The notes: generated by a model not told the origin, from the sequence alone. Numbered from the stretch's first letter, positions 1 through 10,728 are shown. The stretch is 64,000 nucleotides of DNA from Bacteroidota bacterium (GCA_041192805.1 JBEEMF010000086.1:1169-65168); one strand, 5' to 3'. Numbers and translations: made by a program.

Positions 1-2100
1 TGCATGATGTATTTCTTCTGAAATAAATGGCATGTAAGGGTGTAGCATCGCCATCAATTGACCAAAAATCGCTTGTGTATACTGCAATGTGTCTTTTGAT
101 ATTGGATCACCAAACGGAGGTTTCACGGCTTCCAAATACACTGCACAGAAATCGTCCCAAATCAACTTATAGATATTCATAAGTGCATCGGACAATTTGA
201 ACTCGACAAAGAATTTTTCGTTTTCGTTAATGACTTGCTGAATCCTACTGTCAATGAAAACCTTAGCCTTATTGGCCGCCAATGTACTCGGCTGATCAAC
301 CACTTCCCAACCGCTCATCAACCGGAAGGCATTCCATATTTTATTACAGAAATTACGACCTTGCTCTATCTGGGATTCATCAAACAAGATGTCGTTTCCG
401 GCTGGCGCACATAGCAACAATCCCATTCTAACGGCATCAGCACCGTACCTTTCGATTAACTCCAATGCGTCTGGGCTATTGCCGAGACTCTTACTCATTT
501 TTCGACGCTGCTTATCACGGATCAAGCCTGTGAAATATACGTTTTTGAAAGGCATTTTACCTTCAAACTCATACCCCGCCATGATCATTCTAGCCACCCA
601 GAAAAACAGAATATCTGGACCGGTTACTAGATCATTTGTGGGATAGTAATAATCCAACTCAGCTTTATTTGCATCTTTCCCAATTCCATCGAACACAGAA
701 ATGGGCCATAGCCAAGAACTAAACCAAGTGTCTAACACATCTGGATCTTGATGTATCTCTTGCGCAGTGACGTGAATGCCTTTTAAGCCAAATAATTTTA
801 TGGCAGAATCTACAGTCTTGGCGACAACAAATTCACCAGAATTATTATACCAAGCGGGAATTCTATGTCCCCACCATAGTTGTCGTGAAATATTCCAATC
901 TTTCACATTTTCCATCCAATGCCGGTAGGTGTTTTTCAATTTTGATGGATAGAATTTAATTTCATCGTTCATAACAGATGAAAGCACTTCTGGATTGTCC
1001 TTCATGAACAATTGCATGTCCATAAACCACTGCGTACTAATCCTTGGCTCTACAACGGCATCTGTTCTTTCGCTATATCCAACATTGTGTGAATAGTTCT
1101 CTTGTTTAAAAAGAAGTCCTTCCTCTTTCAGTTTTTTCACCCACATTTTACGGGCAACGAATCGATCTTCACCCACAAATAATTCGCCGGCGGCGGAAAT
1201 CGTTCCATCGGCATTCAAGGTATCAATGACAGGCAAATGAAATTTCAATCCAATATTGTAATCGTTAATATCATGTGCTGGGGTCACCTTTAACACACCA
1301 GTACCAAATTCTATGTCGATATAATCATCTGCAATAATCGCAACCTCCCTACCTATAAGGGGCACCATAACTTTCTTCCCAATTAGCGCTTGATATCTTT
1401 CATCATTCGGATTCACACAAACTGCCACATCGCCTGCAATTGTTTCTGGCCTTGCGGTTGCAACCATTAATTCACCATCAAAGTCAACCCCTTTGTAAAT
1501 CACTGTGAAAAGCTGATCCTGTGTATCCTTGAAAATCACCTCTTCATCACTCAAGGTAGTTTGGCCCGCTGGATCCCAATTGACCATTTTTGTACCGCGA
1601 TAAATGAGTCCTTTGTTATATAAATCGATAAAAACTTCAATAACAGCATCGTACAACGAAGGCTCCATGGTGAAGCGTGTTCTATCCCAATCGCAACTCG
1701 CGCCCAGTTTTTTTAATTGATCTAGAATGATTCCACCGTATTTATCTTTCCATGCGTAGGCATGCGACAAGAATTCTTCCCGGGTTAAACTTGACTTAGG
1801 AATACCTTGTTCGGCGAGTAATTTAACAACTTTGGCTTCCGTAGCAATACTTGCATGGTCCGTTCCAGGTACCCAACAAGCATTAAATCCTTGCATGCGC
1901 GCTCTTCTCACCAATACATCTTGAATGGTATTGTTAAGCATATGTCCCATATGTAAGATACCAGTTACGTTTGGCGGTGGGATTACAACTGTATACGCGG
2001 GTCTATGGTCTGGTGTAGAATTAAAAAACCTCTGATCTAACCAGTATTGATACCATTTATCTTCTATATCTACGGGATTGTATTTGGCAGAAATTTCCAT
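1..2100 (-). CDS. valS: valyl-tRNA synthetase, partial (C-terminal part runs off the left edge)
   Basis: Absent from the ORF track because it has no stop codon in the window. My minus-strand translation from ATG 2100-2098 gives [26 protein letters not shown]...[48 protein letters not shown], a class I HIGH motif with a ValRS-type N-terminus. The frame is still open at nt 1 (...[19 protein letters not shown]). Confidence 0.9.
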   Translation of the reverse strand, partial: MEISAKYNPVDIEDKWYQYWLDQRFFNSTPDHRPAYTVVIPPPNVTGILHMGHMLNNTIQDVLVRRARMQGFNACWVPGTDHASIATEAKVVKLLAEQGIPKSSLTREEFLSHAYAWKDKYGGIILDQLKKLGASCDWDRTRFTMEPSLYDAVIEVFIDLYNKGLIYRGTKMVNWDPAGQTTLSDEEVIFKDTQDQLFTVIYKGVDFDGELMVATARPETIAGDVAVCVNPNDERYQALIGKKVMVPLIGREVAIIADDYIDIEFGTGVLKVTPAHDINDYNIGLKFHLPVIDTLNADGTISAAGELFVGEDRFVARKMWVKKLKEEGLLFKQENYSHNVGYSERTDAVVEPRISTQWFMDMQLFMKDNPEVLSSVMNDEIKFYPSKLKNTYRHWMENVKDWNISRQLWWGHRIPAWYNNSGEFVVAKTVDSAIKLFGLKGIHVTAQEIHQDPDVLDTWFSSWLWPISVFDGIGKDANKAELDYYYPTNDLVTGPDILFFWVARMIMAGYEFEGKMPFKNVYFTGLIRDKQRRKMSKSLGNSPDALELIERYGADAVRMGLLLCAPAGNDILFDESQIEQGRNFCNKIWNAFRLMSGWEVVDQPSTLAANKAKVFIDSRIQQVINENEKFFVEFKLSDALMNIYKLIWDDFCAVYLEAVKPPFGDPISKDTLQYTQAIFGQLMAMLHPYMPFISEEIHHA

Positions 2101-2105
2101 TGTTT

Positions 2106-2113
2106 CAAAATTA
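2106..2113 (-). promoter_or_regulatory. -7 promoter box TAATTTTG for valS, 5 nt from the ATG
   Basis: Plus strand reads CAAAATTA, which is TAATTTTG on the minus strand, an exact TAnnTTTG match. It is followed by AAACA and then ATG (2100). Confidence 0.5.
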
Positions 2114-2157
2114 CGATTATTGAACTTCATTTGATTGAGTTATTATGCTGATGTACA

Positions 2158-2187
2158 AGAAAAAGGCCACTCGTTAGAGTGGCCTTT
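2158..2187 (-). terminator. intrinsic terminator closing the act operon
   Basis: Hairpin AAAGGCCACTC-GTTA-GAGTGGCCTTT lies 23 nt past the actF stop. On the minus strand it is followed by TTTTCTT. Confidence 0.75.
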
Positions 2188-2209
2188 CCATAAAGTTTTT
2201 TGTTTAAAA

Positions 2210-3625
2210 TTAAACTCCTACATCGTGGTGAACCGACTCTTCTAAGAATGGGTGATTGACGGCAATCAATCCACGCTTAGTAAGTGCAGTGAATACCCAC
2301 CACATAAATATACCACCTACTAGTAACAACATTCCGATTTCCATGAAACCAAATGTCATTCCTGTGCCAAACACACCCGGAGTCACCATCAACCAAACGT
2401 CATGATAGTGACCTATGATCATGATACTACCAATGATAGCAAGGACGTATCTGTTTCTCTTTGCAGAACGCATCAACAAACCAAGGAATGGAATACAGAA
2501 GCACATAAAGAAGTTACCCAAGAAATTGGCTTTGTAATCTTCAAAACGAATCTGATAGTAAGCCATTTCCTCCGGGATTTGTGCATACCAAATCAACAGA
2601 TACTGAGATAACCACAAGTAAGCCCAGAATACAGTGAAGGCGAACATAAACTTACCCAAATCATGCATGTGCTCATTTGTAACGATGCCCAAGTAACCTT
2701 CTTTCTTCAAATAAGCAACGATAAAGGCCATGATGGTGATCATCGTTACCCAATGTGTTACGAAATTATAGAAACCGAAGATCGTTGAATACCAATGGGC
2801 ATCAACCGACATGATAATTAACCAAGCCACAACAGAAATTGTAAACCCGAATAATACTGCAAAACCAGCACTGAAACTGATACTCTTTTTAAAGAAGCTA
2901 GAATCTCCCTTAGTTGCATTGTCTTCAGCGACAGACAGACTGCGAAGTTTACGCATCATGACATACCAAATAACAACCAATACTGTTGGGAAAATGAATA
3001 ACATATTTGAATTCAAGAAACCAGATTTACCAACCAAGATTTTATCGTATCCCGCATCTCCAGGCTTTAAACCAAGGTGCTCATAATGTACCCAATGATA
3101 GATTTCATTTTTCCCCATAAACAATGCGATCATTAAAATGACAAAAGCCACTGGAATAAATGTCATAATTGCCTCAGGTACGCGTTTGATAGACGACGAC
3201 CAACCTGCATTTGCAACGTACTGAATTGCATACCACATAACGGCCGTCAATGAAATCATTAAGAAGAAATAACCAACGATAAGCATGTTCGCCCAAATAC
3301 GGGTTGATGCTGGTTTATCTTGATGATGAAAAACAACCCGGGGTCCAAATTTTTCATTAGGAACGTTGCCGTGCTCTTCTTCGTGTGAAGCGGTCGCCTC
3401 GGAAGCATGTCCTTCATTATGAACTGTTGCTTCACCATGTGTTTCATGGCTGGCTGCAGTGATAGTGGTTGAGTTATGATTTTCACTATGGTTATCCATA
3501 GTGGCAATACCAATTCCTGTAAGGATTAAACCCAAAACCATTAATATGATTGAGAATCTTTTAGCCTTCGGTGAAAAAACAAATTGCTCTTGTTTTACTT
3601 CAATTTCATGATGTCCGTGTCCCAT
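2210..3625 (-). CDS. actF: alternative complex III subunit ActF (NrfD-like polytopic membrane subunit)
   Basis: 471-aa multi-TM protein and the last gene of the actABCDEF-ordered cluster. It carries a His/Glu-rich loop after TM1. Confidence 0.8.
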   Translation of the reverse strand: MGHGHHEIEVKQEQFVFSPKAKRFSIILMVLGLILTGIGIATMDNHSENHNSTTITAASHETHGEATVHNEGHASEATASHEEEHGNVPNEKFGPRVVFHHQDKPASTRIWANMLIVGYFFLMISLTAVMWYAIQYVANAGWSSSIKRVPEAIMTFIPVAFVILMIALFMGKNEIYHWVHYEHLGLKPGDAGYDKILVGKSGFLNSNMLFIFPTVLVVIWYVMMRKLRSLSVAEDNATKGDSSFFKKSISFSAGFAVLFGFTISVVAWLIIMSVDAHWYSTIFGFYNFVTHWVTMITIMAFIVAYLKKEGYLGIVTNEHMHDLGKFMFAFTVFWAYLWLSQYLLIWYAQIPEEMAYYQIRFEDYKANFLGNFFMCFCIPFLGLLMRSAKRNRYVLAIIGSIMIIGHYHDVWLMVTPGVFGTGMTFGFMEIGMLLLVGGIFMWWVFTALTKRGLIAVNHPFLEESVHHDVGV

Positions 3626-3635
3626 GCTTCTTCGC

Positions 3636-4265
3636 TTAATTAGTTTTAGCCATTGTTGAGTCGGTCGCTACTACTGCTGATGTTGTAGAACCACCTTGAG
3701 AACTCAAGTATTTTACATATTTAATCACCTTCCAACGATCCTTTGGCGACAATACAGAAGCATGACTTCCCATATTGTTTTTACCATACGTTAAAGTGTG
3801 ATAGATTTTTCCTTCAGGCAAAGTTTTGATATACTCATCATTATAACCTTTCCAAGTTGGCTTTAGGGTAGATACCTTTTTGAATACTTCACCATCATTG
3901 TTACCGGTGCTACCATGACAAGGAGTGCAGTTAATGTTATACAAGTACTGACCTCTACCATCTTCCAGGGTAGCATCAGCGGGGGCTGTTAATGCAACAG
4001 AAGCATCATAACCATCTCCAGTGTTTTCAAGACTATATTGATAATCTAATTTACCTATAGCTACAGTGCCCGCAACAGGCTCTCTCATGTTCATCCCGTA
4101 AGGATTTACAAGATTGCTATCGCCTTGACTGTATGCTTCATACCCTTTTGAATAGTACATATCCGGGGCGTATTCCATGCCGGGATTGTTACCACGACTT
4201 ACACAACCGCTCATCAGTGCTGATGCAGCGATTGATCCGAACAAAATATATAGTTTGTTGCTCAT
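3636..4265 (-). CDS. actE: alternative complex III monoheme cytochrome c subunit ActE (lipoprotein)
   Basis: Single CTPCH heme motif. The signal peptide ends in the lipobox LMSGC. Position is between actD and actF. Confidence 0.85.
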   Translation of the reverse strand: MSNKLYILFGSIAASALMSGCVSRGNNPGMEYAPDMYYSKGYEAYSQGDSNLVNPYGMNMREPVAGTVAIGKLDYQYSLENTGDGYDASVALTAPADATLEDGRGQYLYNINCTPCHGSTGNNDGEVFKKVSTLKPTWKGYNDEYIKTLPEGKIYHTLTYGKNNMGSHASVLSPKDRWKVIKYVKYLSSQGGSTTSAVVATDSTMAKTN

Positions 4266-4275
4266 GTTGATCTAA

Positions 4276-4842
4276 TTAAATTACAGTTTGTACGCCATTT
4301 TCAAATTCGCGCAATTCAACAGCACCCCCCTTTTTCATCATATTCAAAATGGCTTTTTCATCCATTCCAGCTACTGTTTCAATGGCAACGATTAAACGAT
4401 CGTCGGTCTGACGAATATCTAATGTTTCATTCTTTATGCCGTGAACCAAACGGTTTCTCCAAAAGAAGAAGAACGACATACCAAATGCTGTACACAACAC
4501 AGTACCTTCAAACATTACTGGCGCCCAACTCGGTGTGAAACGTACCGGCTTGTTACCAATGTTCATGGGCCAATCATGTACGGACATGTACCAAATCATA
4601 GTGGTCATTAAAGTAAATCCAGTAATTGCACAGAAAAATGCAATTCGTGCCAACTTACTTCTACGTGCACCAATAATTCTATCCAAACCGTGAACCGGAT
4701 ATGGAGTGTATATGTCGTGAATATGAACGCCCGCATGCACCAATTCAGAAGCGGTAGCAACCAACTGATCTTCGTCTTCCCAAACGCCGATCAACATTTT
4801 ATTGCGATCACGTAAGCTTAATTTTTTATCTAAAATTCCCAT
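4276..4842 (-). CDS. actD: alternative complex III subunit ActD (DUF3341-type membrane protein)
   Basis: 188 aa with two central TM helices. Conserved IYTPYPVHGLD region and operon position support the call. Confidence 0.8.
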   Translation of the reverse strand: MGILDKKLSLRDRNKMLIGVWEDEDQLVATASELVHAGVHIHDIYTPYPVHGLDRIIGARRSKLARIAFFCAITGFTLMTTMIWYMSVHDWPMNIGNKPVRFTPSWAPVMFEGTVLCTAFGMSFFFFWRNRLVHGIKNETLDIRQTDDRLIVAIETVAGMDEKAILNMMKKGGAVELREFENGVQTVI

Positions 4843-4866
4843 GATGGTAATCTATATAGTTATTTA

Positions 4867-6216
4867 TTATTCGCGATTGCGAAGGATTGATTTGATTTCA
4901 GACATATTAATTACTGGCAAGAACTTCGCAAACAAGAAGAAGCAAGTAAAGAAGATACCAAAAGTACCCAAGAACAAGCCTATTTCTGTCAATGAACCAG
5001 AATACATAACCCAACTTGAAGGCAAGTAATCGCGGTGCAAAGAAGTTACAATAATTACGAAACGCTCAAACCACATACCTACGTTCACAACAATACTCAT
5101 GATGAAAATAAACCATGGTGTAGTACGAGCCCATTTGAACCAAAATACCTGAGGTGCAATCAAGTTACAACTCATCATACTCCAGTAAGCCCACCAATAT
5201 GGTCCAAAAGCTCTGTTTGCAAATGCATATTGCTCATAAACGTTACCAGAATACCAAGCAATAAAGAACTCAGTTAAATAGGCAATACCTACAATCGTTC
5301 CTGTTACCATGATGATTCTTGTCATAGCGTCCAAGTGACCAATCGTAATATAATTCTCATAGTTCATCACTTTACGAGCAACAACCAACAAAGTAGCTAC
5401 CATACCGAAGCCAGAGAAAATAGCACCGGCAACAAAATATGGAGGGAAAATCGTTGTATGCCAACCTGGTACCAAAGATGTTGCAAAGTCCGTTGATACA
5501 ATTGTGTGAACCGACAATACCAATGGTGTACTCAAACCAGCCAAGATCAATGAAACCAGCTCATAACGAGCCCATGTACGTGTAGAACCTGTCCAACCCA
5601 TCGAGAAGAAACCATACATCGTCTTACCCAATTTTGATTTTACCTTGTCGCGGATTGTTGCGATATCAGGAATCAAACCAATATACCAAAACAACAACGA
5701 TACACTGAAGTATGTAGAGATCGCAAATACGTCCCACAACAAAGGAGAGTTAAAGTTTACCCACAATGAACCAAATGCGTTTGGCAATGGTAAAGCCCAA
5801 TAGCCTACCCAAACACGACCCATGTGAAATACGGGGAACATCGCCGCACAAATAACCGCAAAAATGGTCATTGCCTCAGCTGAACGGTTAATACTCATCC
5901 TCCATTTCTGACGGAAAAGCAACAGTACCGCAGAAATCAAAGTTCCGGCGTGACCAATACCAACCCAGAATACGAAGTTGGTAATATCCCAACCCCACAT
6001 CACTGATTTGTTGACATTCCACACACCAATACCTGTCCACAAGGTGTATAACAAACTCACACCAAAAATACCCAAGAAAACTAGCGACAAAGTGAAGCCA
6101 ATCTTCCATGAAGTGGTTGGATTGTTTAAAATAGGTCTTGCAATGTCCCGCGTTACGTCAGATGCCGATTTATCGCCGGTTACAAGTCTGTCTCTTAAAA
6201 TTGAATCATGTATCAT
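4867..6216 (-). CDS. actC: alternative complex III subunit ActC (NrfD/PsrC-like quinol-binding membrane subunit)
   Basis: 449-aa polytopic membrane protein of NrfD-family character, immediately downstream of actB. Confidence 0.85.
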   Translation of the reverse strand: MIHDSILRDRLVTGDKSASDVTRDIARPILNNPTTSWKIGFTLSLVFLGIFGVSLLYTLWTGIGVWNVNKSVMWGWDITNFVFWVGIGHAGTLISAVLLLFRQKWRMSINRSAEAMTIFAVICAAMFPVFHMGRVWVGYWALPLPNAFGSLWVNFNSPLLWDVFAISTYFSVSLLFWYIGLIPDIATIRDKVKSKLGKTMYGFFSMGWTGSTRTWARYELVSLILAGLSTPLVLSVHTIVSTDFATSLVPGWHTTIFPPYFVAGAIFSGFGMVATLLVVARKVMNYENYITIGHLDAMTRIIMVTGTIVGIAYLTEFFIAWYSGNVYEQYAFANRAFGPYWWAYWSMMSCNLIAPQVFWFKWARTTPWFIFIMSIVVNVGMWFERFVIIVTSLHRDYLPSSWVMYSGSLTEIGLFLGTFGIFFTCFFLFAKFLPVINMSEIKSILRNRE

Positions 6217-6236
6217 TCGAATATTTTTTGGGTGAA

Positions 6237-9200
6237 TTAAATTGAATCGTTGTTACGAATTTTTGTCATGTACTTCACTGAAGATTGTACGTTAAGTTCT
6301 TCCAATACGCTAAATCCACGCTCGTTCTTGTACAACTTGCTTACTTCGCTTTCTGGATTGTGCAAGTCACCAAATACGATGGCATTGCTAGGACAGGCGC
6401 GCTGACAAGCAGTTTGAACAATAACCTCATTTGGTGATTTTCCGTCGCGTTTCGCTTTCAACTTGCCTTCTTGAACACGCTGAACACAGAAAGAACATTT
6501 CTCCATTACACCACGAGTTCTAACGGTAACATCAGGGTTGATGACCATTTTACCCAATGGATTGTTGAAGTGGAAATCGAAATGATCGTTGTCGTTGTAT
6601 CTGAACCAGTTGTAACGACGTACTTTATAAGGACAGTTGTTACCACAATACTTAGTACCAATACAACGGTTATATGTCATTTGGTTCAATCCCTCAGATG
6701 AGTGGGTTGTTGCCAATACCGGACAAACTGTTTCACAAGGTGCATTAGCACAGTGCTGACACATCATTGGTTGATGCAATACGTTCACATTTTGCCAATG
6801 ATCAAAGTTGCCTGATGCATCTACTTTCGCGATCTCATCATCTTTTGTCATTGCGCCCTCAGCTGATTCAAACGCATAATAACGATCGATACGAATCCAG
6901 TGCATTTCACGACGCAAACGAATTTCGTCACGTCCAACTACTGGAACGTTATTTTCAATTGAACAACTTACTACGCAAGATCCACAACCCGTACAAGAGT
7001 TAAGATCAATTGCCATAGCCCACAAGTGGTTTGGTGCTCCGTCTTTACGATACTCTGCCTTTTCCCAAATTGTATAAATATGAGTTTCAGGCATGTCGTT
7101 TCCTGCTTTAGCATTCTTTTTGAAAGCGCCCAAAGTAGATTCACGAACGATATCACGACCTTCAATGCTGTGGTGGGTTTGAGTTTGTGCCAACTTGTAG
7201 TTTTCATCACCTTTGGTGATATCTACATTCTTTGCAACAAAACTGCGGTTTCCTGTGTTATTGGCGAAAGCAAAAGCGTTTACACCAACTGTATCGTAAC
7301 CTTTTTCGATGCTACCCCCTACTTTACCGGCTGCAGTACGACCATAACCCAAAGCCAAAGCAACAGTTTCGTTGGCTTGACCAGGCTGAATCATTGCAGG
7401 TACGTTGTTGTAAGTAACATCGCCCATTTTAATATTTACTGTATCTCCCTCTGCGATATCCAATTTCATCGCCAATGATTTTGGCAATGCAACGTAGTTA
7501 TCCCAACATACTTTACTTACTGGATCTGGCATCTCTTGTAACCAAGGATTGTTTCCGTACGCACCATCACGAACCCCAACTGGCTGATAAAGAACCATGT
7601 CGATTCCTGTCGCCTTAGAATTAGCAGATACAAACGAAGCCAAAGCCTCAACATTTCCGACATAAGACACGCTACCTTCAGAAACACTTGGAGCCATTAC
7701 ACCTTTTTCCAATGCTGCATTGAATGCATCATCAGTTCCCAAAGCTGCAGCCCAATTGTTTCTCATGAAATTATAGAATGGAGAAGCCTGGAGTTTTTGA
7801 GAGAAAATACCTTTAGATGCAAATGGATCTTTTTCCATTACGATATTGGCGTTGGCCCATGTTAACAAAGTAACCTGAGCTTGACGGGTATTGAAAACAT
7901 TAGAAATGGTAGGCTGTGTGAACTGATACAAACCTTTGCGGGGTTCTGCATCATTCCAACTTTCCAAATAATGGTTGTCAGGGCAAACATATTGACAAAC
8001 TGAAGCAGTCTCATCTTTATTTGAAGCAAAAGAAACGGATATTTTCGCTTTCTTAATCGCTTCAGACCAATCTTTACTGTGGTTGTAAACTGGGTTCACG
8101 CCATAGAAAATTACGGCAGAAATAGAGCCCGACTTCAAACCGGCCAAAACTTCGGCAGTTTTCACATCAGAACCTTGATATTGGTTGCTGTGGTTAACCA
8201 TGTCGATGGTTGTTCCATAGCTACCCAACAACATATTAATTCCATTTACAATTTTTTGAATTTCGGTATTGTTGCTTCCAGAGATTACCACTGCGGTTCC
8301 TTTGGCTTTCAATAACGCATCGGCAGTTTTCTTGATAGAATTACCTGCCAATTCACCTTGCTGCGGAACAGGAATCTGGCGAGCACCAGAACCCATTGCG
8401 ATGTAGTTATATAAAGTAGCTACATACAACGCTTCCTGAGATGCACGCATTGGAAAACGGTGATCAGCATTTGTACCGGTCATACTCAATGTGCTTTCGA
8501 ATTGAATGTGCTTAGACATTCCACCTTCTGCATTTGGCTGACGGTTGATTGTGTATCCTTTAGAGAATTCTACTGGAGAAATCCAAGTTCCCAAGAAATC
8601 AGCACCAAAACTTACAATTACTTTAGCAATATCAAACTTGTATGTTGGTAATGCGCGCTTTCCGAAGTCTGCTGCATTCGCATCCAAAATACCAGCGTAA
8701 GAAACCGCATCATAAGAAACGTGTTCTGTTGTTGGATATGCTCCTTTAAATGCTTCGATGGCCTTTAAAGTGCTAGGGCTGTGTAAGCTACCAGAAACCA
8801 AAGCGATCTTTCCGTTAGCCGTAACAATTGATTTCAATTTAGCAGAAACTTCACTATCCAAAGCGGCCCAATCTGTTTGCTCAGAACCATTTGATAATGG
8901 ATTTGCCAAACGCTCATTGTCGTATAGTGACAAAATCGATGCTTGACCAACGGCACAAGTACCTCCCTGAGAAATTGGTGAATCCACTGAACCATCCACT
9001 TTAATCGGACGACCCTCACGAACTTTCACTTCAATTCCGCATGAAGTAGAACACGCACCACATGTAGATCTGTAATAGTTTGCAACACCTGGAATTATCT
9101 CCTCAGGCTTAACCAAATAAGGTACAGCGTTACGAATGGGTGTTTTATTACAAGCGGCCAATGCAACGGCAGTTACACTGAAACCAAAATATTTCAAGAA

Positions 9201-9353
9201 ATCACGGCGATTGGCTTGTAGTTCAATATCTCCCTCATTGAATACTTCATCCAATGGAAGATCATCATGAAACTCATTGCGCTGAGCGGCCAAGAATGAT
9301 GGGTTCTTGGTTAACTCATCTTCACCTTTCCAATATTTAATATTATTTGACAT
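6237..9353 (-). CDS. actB: alternative complex III subunit ActB (molybdopterin-oxidoreductase-like domain fused to a 4Fe-4S ferredoxin domain)
   Basis: 1038 aa. Twin-arginine signal RRDFLKYFG is followed by LAAC (possible lipobox). N-terminal CGACSTSC cluster motif. C-terminal part has multiple CxxCxxCxxxC ferredoxin motifs (CTGCGSCVVSC, CQHCANAPC, CIGTKYCGNNC). Confidence 0.9.
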   Translation of the reverse strand: MSNNIKYWKGEDELTKNPSFLAAQRNEFHDDLPLDEVFNEGDIELQANRRDFLKYFGFSVTAVALAACNKTPIRNAVPYLVKPEEIIPGVANYYRSTCGACSTSCGIEVKVREGRPIKVDGSVDSPISQGGTCAVGQASILSLYDNERLANPLSNGSEQTDWAALDSEVSAKLKSIVTANGKIALVSGSLHSPSTLKAIEAFKGAYPTTEHVSYDAVSYAGILDANAADFGKRALPTYKFDIAKVIVSFGADFLGTWISPVEFSKGYTINRQPNAEGGMSKHIQFESTLSMTGTNADHRFPMRASQEALYVATLYNYIAMGSGARQIPVPQQGELAGNSIKKTADALLKAKGTAVVISGSNNTEIQKIVNGINMLLGSYGTTIDMVNHSNQYQGSDVKTAEVLAGLKSGSISAVIFYGVNPVYNHSKDWSEAIKKAKISVSFASNKDETASVCQYVCPDNHYLESWNDAEPRKGLYQFTQPTISNVFNTRQAQVTLLTWANANIVMEKDPFASKGIFSQKLQASPFYNFMRNNWAAALGTDDAFNAALEKGVMAPSVSEGSVSYVGNVEALASFVSANSKATGIDMVLYQPVGVRDGAYGNNPWLQEMPDPVSKVCWDNYVALPKSLAMKLDIAEGDTVNIKMGDVTYNNVPAMIQPGQANETVALALGYGRTAAGKVGGSIEKGYDTVGVNAFAFANNTGNRSFVAKNVDITKGDENYKLAQTQTHHSIEGRDIVRESTLGAFKKNAKAGNDMPETHIYTIWEKAEYRKDGAPNHLWAMAIDLNSCTGCGSCVVSCSIENNVPVVGRDEIRLRREMHWIRIDRYYAFESAEGAMTKDDEIAKVDASGNFDHWQNVNVLHQPMMCQHCANAPCETVCPVLATTHSSEGLNQMTYNRCIGTKYCGNNCPYKVRRYNWFRYNDNDHFDFHFNNPLGKMVINPDVTVRTRGVMEKCSFCVQRVQEGKLKAKRDGKSPNEVIVQTACQRACPSNAIVFGDLHNPESEVSKLYKNERGFSVLEELNVQSSVKYMTKIRNNDSI

Positions 9354-9377
9354 AATTGATGATTCTTTCAGTTAAAA

Positions 9378-10703
9378 TTAATAGTGACACTTAGAACATT
9401 CCAAACCGCCGTTCATGGCAGGCGTTAACTTTACTTTGCCATCTGCAGAGAAATATTTACTCTTTCCTTGGTTTGCAGCGATGTCTTTCTTGGCTTTATC
9501 ATGCAACGCTTTGTAATAGTTGTTGTTGGCAACATCCACTTGAGCGTTTCTATGACAATCGATACACCAACCCATTTGCAAAGTGTTCTTTTGTTGAACG
9601 ACTTCCATTTTTTCGATGGCTCCGTGACAAGTCTGACATGTTTGCTTACCCACTTTCACGTGTTGTGCGTGGTTGAAATAGGCATGATCTGGCAAGTTGT
9701 GAATACGAACCCAACGAATTGGTTTAGGATTTGGACCGTATTGCTCACCCGCTTTGCCTTCTGGATTGTAATCCAAGGCAGCATATATCTTTTTGATTTC
9801 AGGAGAAATCTCACCATTGTATTTGTCTGTCAATTGAACACCTTTGTGACAATTCATACAAGTATTCAAAGCAGGAATTGATGCCTGTTTACTTTCTTCA
9901 ACCGTTGAGTGACAATATTTACAATCAACTTTCAATTCTCCCGCATGCAATTTATGTGAGAATGCAATTGGTTGTTTGGGCGCATAACCTTTTTGAACTC
10001 CTACTTCTGTGATTGCAAAGCCATAGGCATAGTAAGCTCCAACTCCACCTAAAATGGCAACGGTGAACAATGTCAATACCACAGGGTTCATTTTACCCCA
10101 CTTACCAGGTAGTATTTTTTCAAAAAATCCTTTCTTTGGTGCATTTTGATTTTCGAAATCTTCAGGGTGCTTTTCAGCAGCTACTCTTTTTAATGTGTTC
10201 TGAATACGAGCAAGCACCAACAATACAACGCTAAATATTGCTACAAGCAATATCAGAATGTACATAGTAGTGTTGTCATCCTTCTTTTCTCCACCGTCAA
10301 CAACCACTGTAGCAGTTTTTGTTGGGGCAGGAGCAGTTTTGATGTACTCTATAATGTCGTTAACATCAGCCGGTGTCAAGTTCTCGAAAATGTTCATCGC
10401 CGCCTGGCCATTGTCGTTGTACAACGCAATCGCATCAGGGTCTTTATCAACCTTTCTGAATTTCTCGTTGTTCCTAACCCACTTCACCAACCATTCACTG
10501 GAGTGACGTGTTTCAACTCCCCTAAGGGCGGGACCAACTAATTTCTTGTCTAAAGCGTGACAGCTACCGCAGTTGTTTGCGTCGTAGAGCTTTTTACCAT
10601 TTTCGGCACTTGGCTTGTCTTGCGCGTAAGAGGATACTGATAACGCCATAACGGCGGACAGCATCCAAACTTTCATATTTCTAGCAATCATGTTTGGGAA
10701 CAT
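9378..10703 (-). CDS. actA: alternative complex III multiheme cytochrome c subunit ActA with an extra N-terminal monoheme domain (six CxxCH in total)
   Basis: Signal peptide, then CGSCH in a class-I-like domain, then a TM helix (YILILLVAIFSVVLLVLA), then five further motifs: CKYCH, CMNCH, CQTCH, CIDCH, CSKCH. The start could instead be an internal Met (10691 or 10676). Confidence 0.85.
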   Translation of the reverse strand: MFPNMIARNMKVWMLSAVMALSVSSYAQDKPSAENGKKLYDANNCGSCHALDKKLVGPALRGVETRHSSEWLVKWVRNNEKFRKVDKDPDAIALYNDNGQAAMNIFENLTPADVNDIIEYIKTAPAPTKTATVVVDGGEKKDDNTTMYILILLVAIFSVVLLVLARIQNTLKRVAAEKHPEDFENQNAPKKGFFEKILPGKWGKMNPVVLTLFTVAILGGVGAYYAYGFAITEVGVQKGYAPKQPIAFSHKLHAGELKVDCKYCHSTVEESKQASIPALNTCMNCHKGVQLTDKYNGEISPEIKKIYAALDYNPEGKAGEQYGPNPKPIRWVRIHNLPDHAYFNHAQHVKVGKQTCQTCHGAIEKMEVVQQKNTLQMGWCIDCHRNAQVDVANNNYYKALHDKAKKDIAANQGKSKYFSADGKVKLTPAMNGGLECSKCHY

Positions 10704-10720
10704 TGTCTTTTTTCGCGCTG

Positions 10721-10728
10721 CAAAGATA
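10721..10728 (-). promoter_or_regulatory. -7 promoter box TATCTTTG for the act operon
   Basis: Plus strand CAAAGATA, 17 nt upstream of ATG 10703. The same 12-mer GCTGCAAAGATA recurs upstream of rplU. Confidence 0.5.

Noticed and set aside
389-646. 85-aa plus-strand ORF at the start of the window
   Set aside because: It lies antisense within the valS coding region, whose frame I verified from nt 2100 to nt 1. It has no protein-like motifs.
7026-7478. Long antisense ORFs inside large genes: 7026-7478 in actB, 9468-9881 in actA, 15970-16350 in rpsA, 20791-21258 in map, 39843-40394 in the T9SS cargo, 53806-54177 in lpxD, 62390-62770 in nuoG
   Set aside because: All are embedded opposite well-supported conserved genes, have low-complexity or odd composition, and lack start-proximal -7 boxes. 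They look like typical shadow ORFs.
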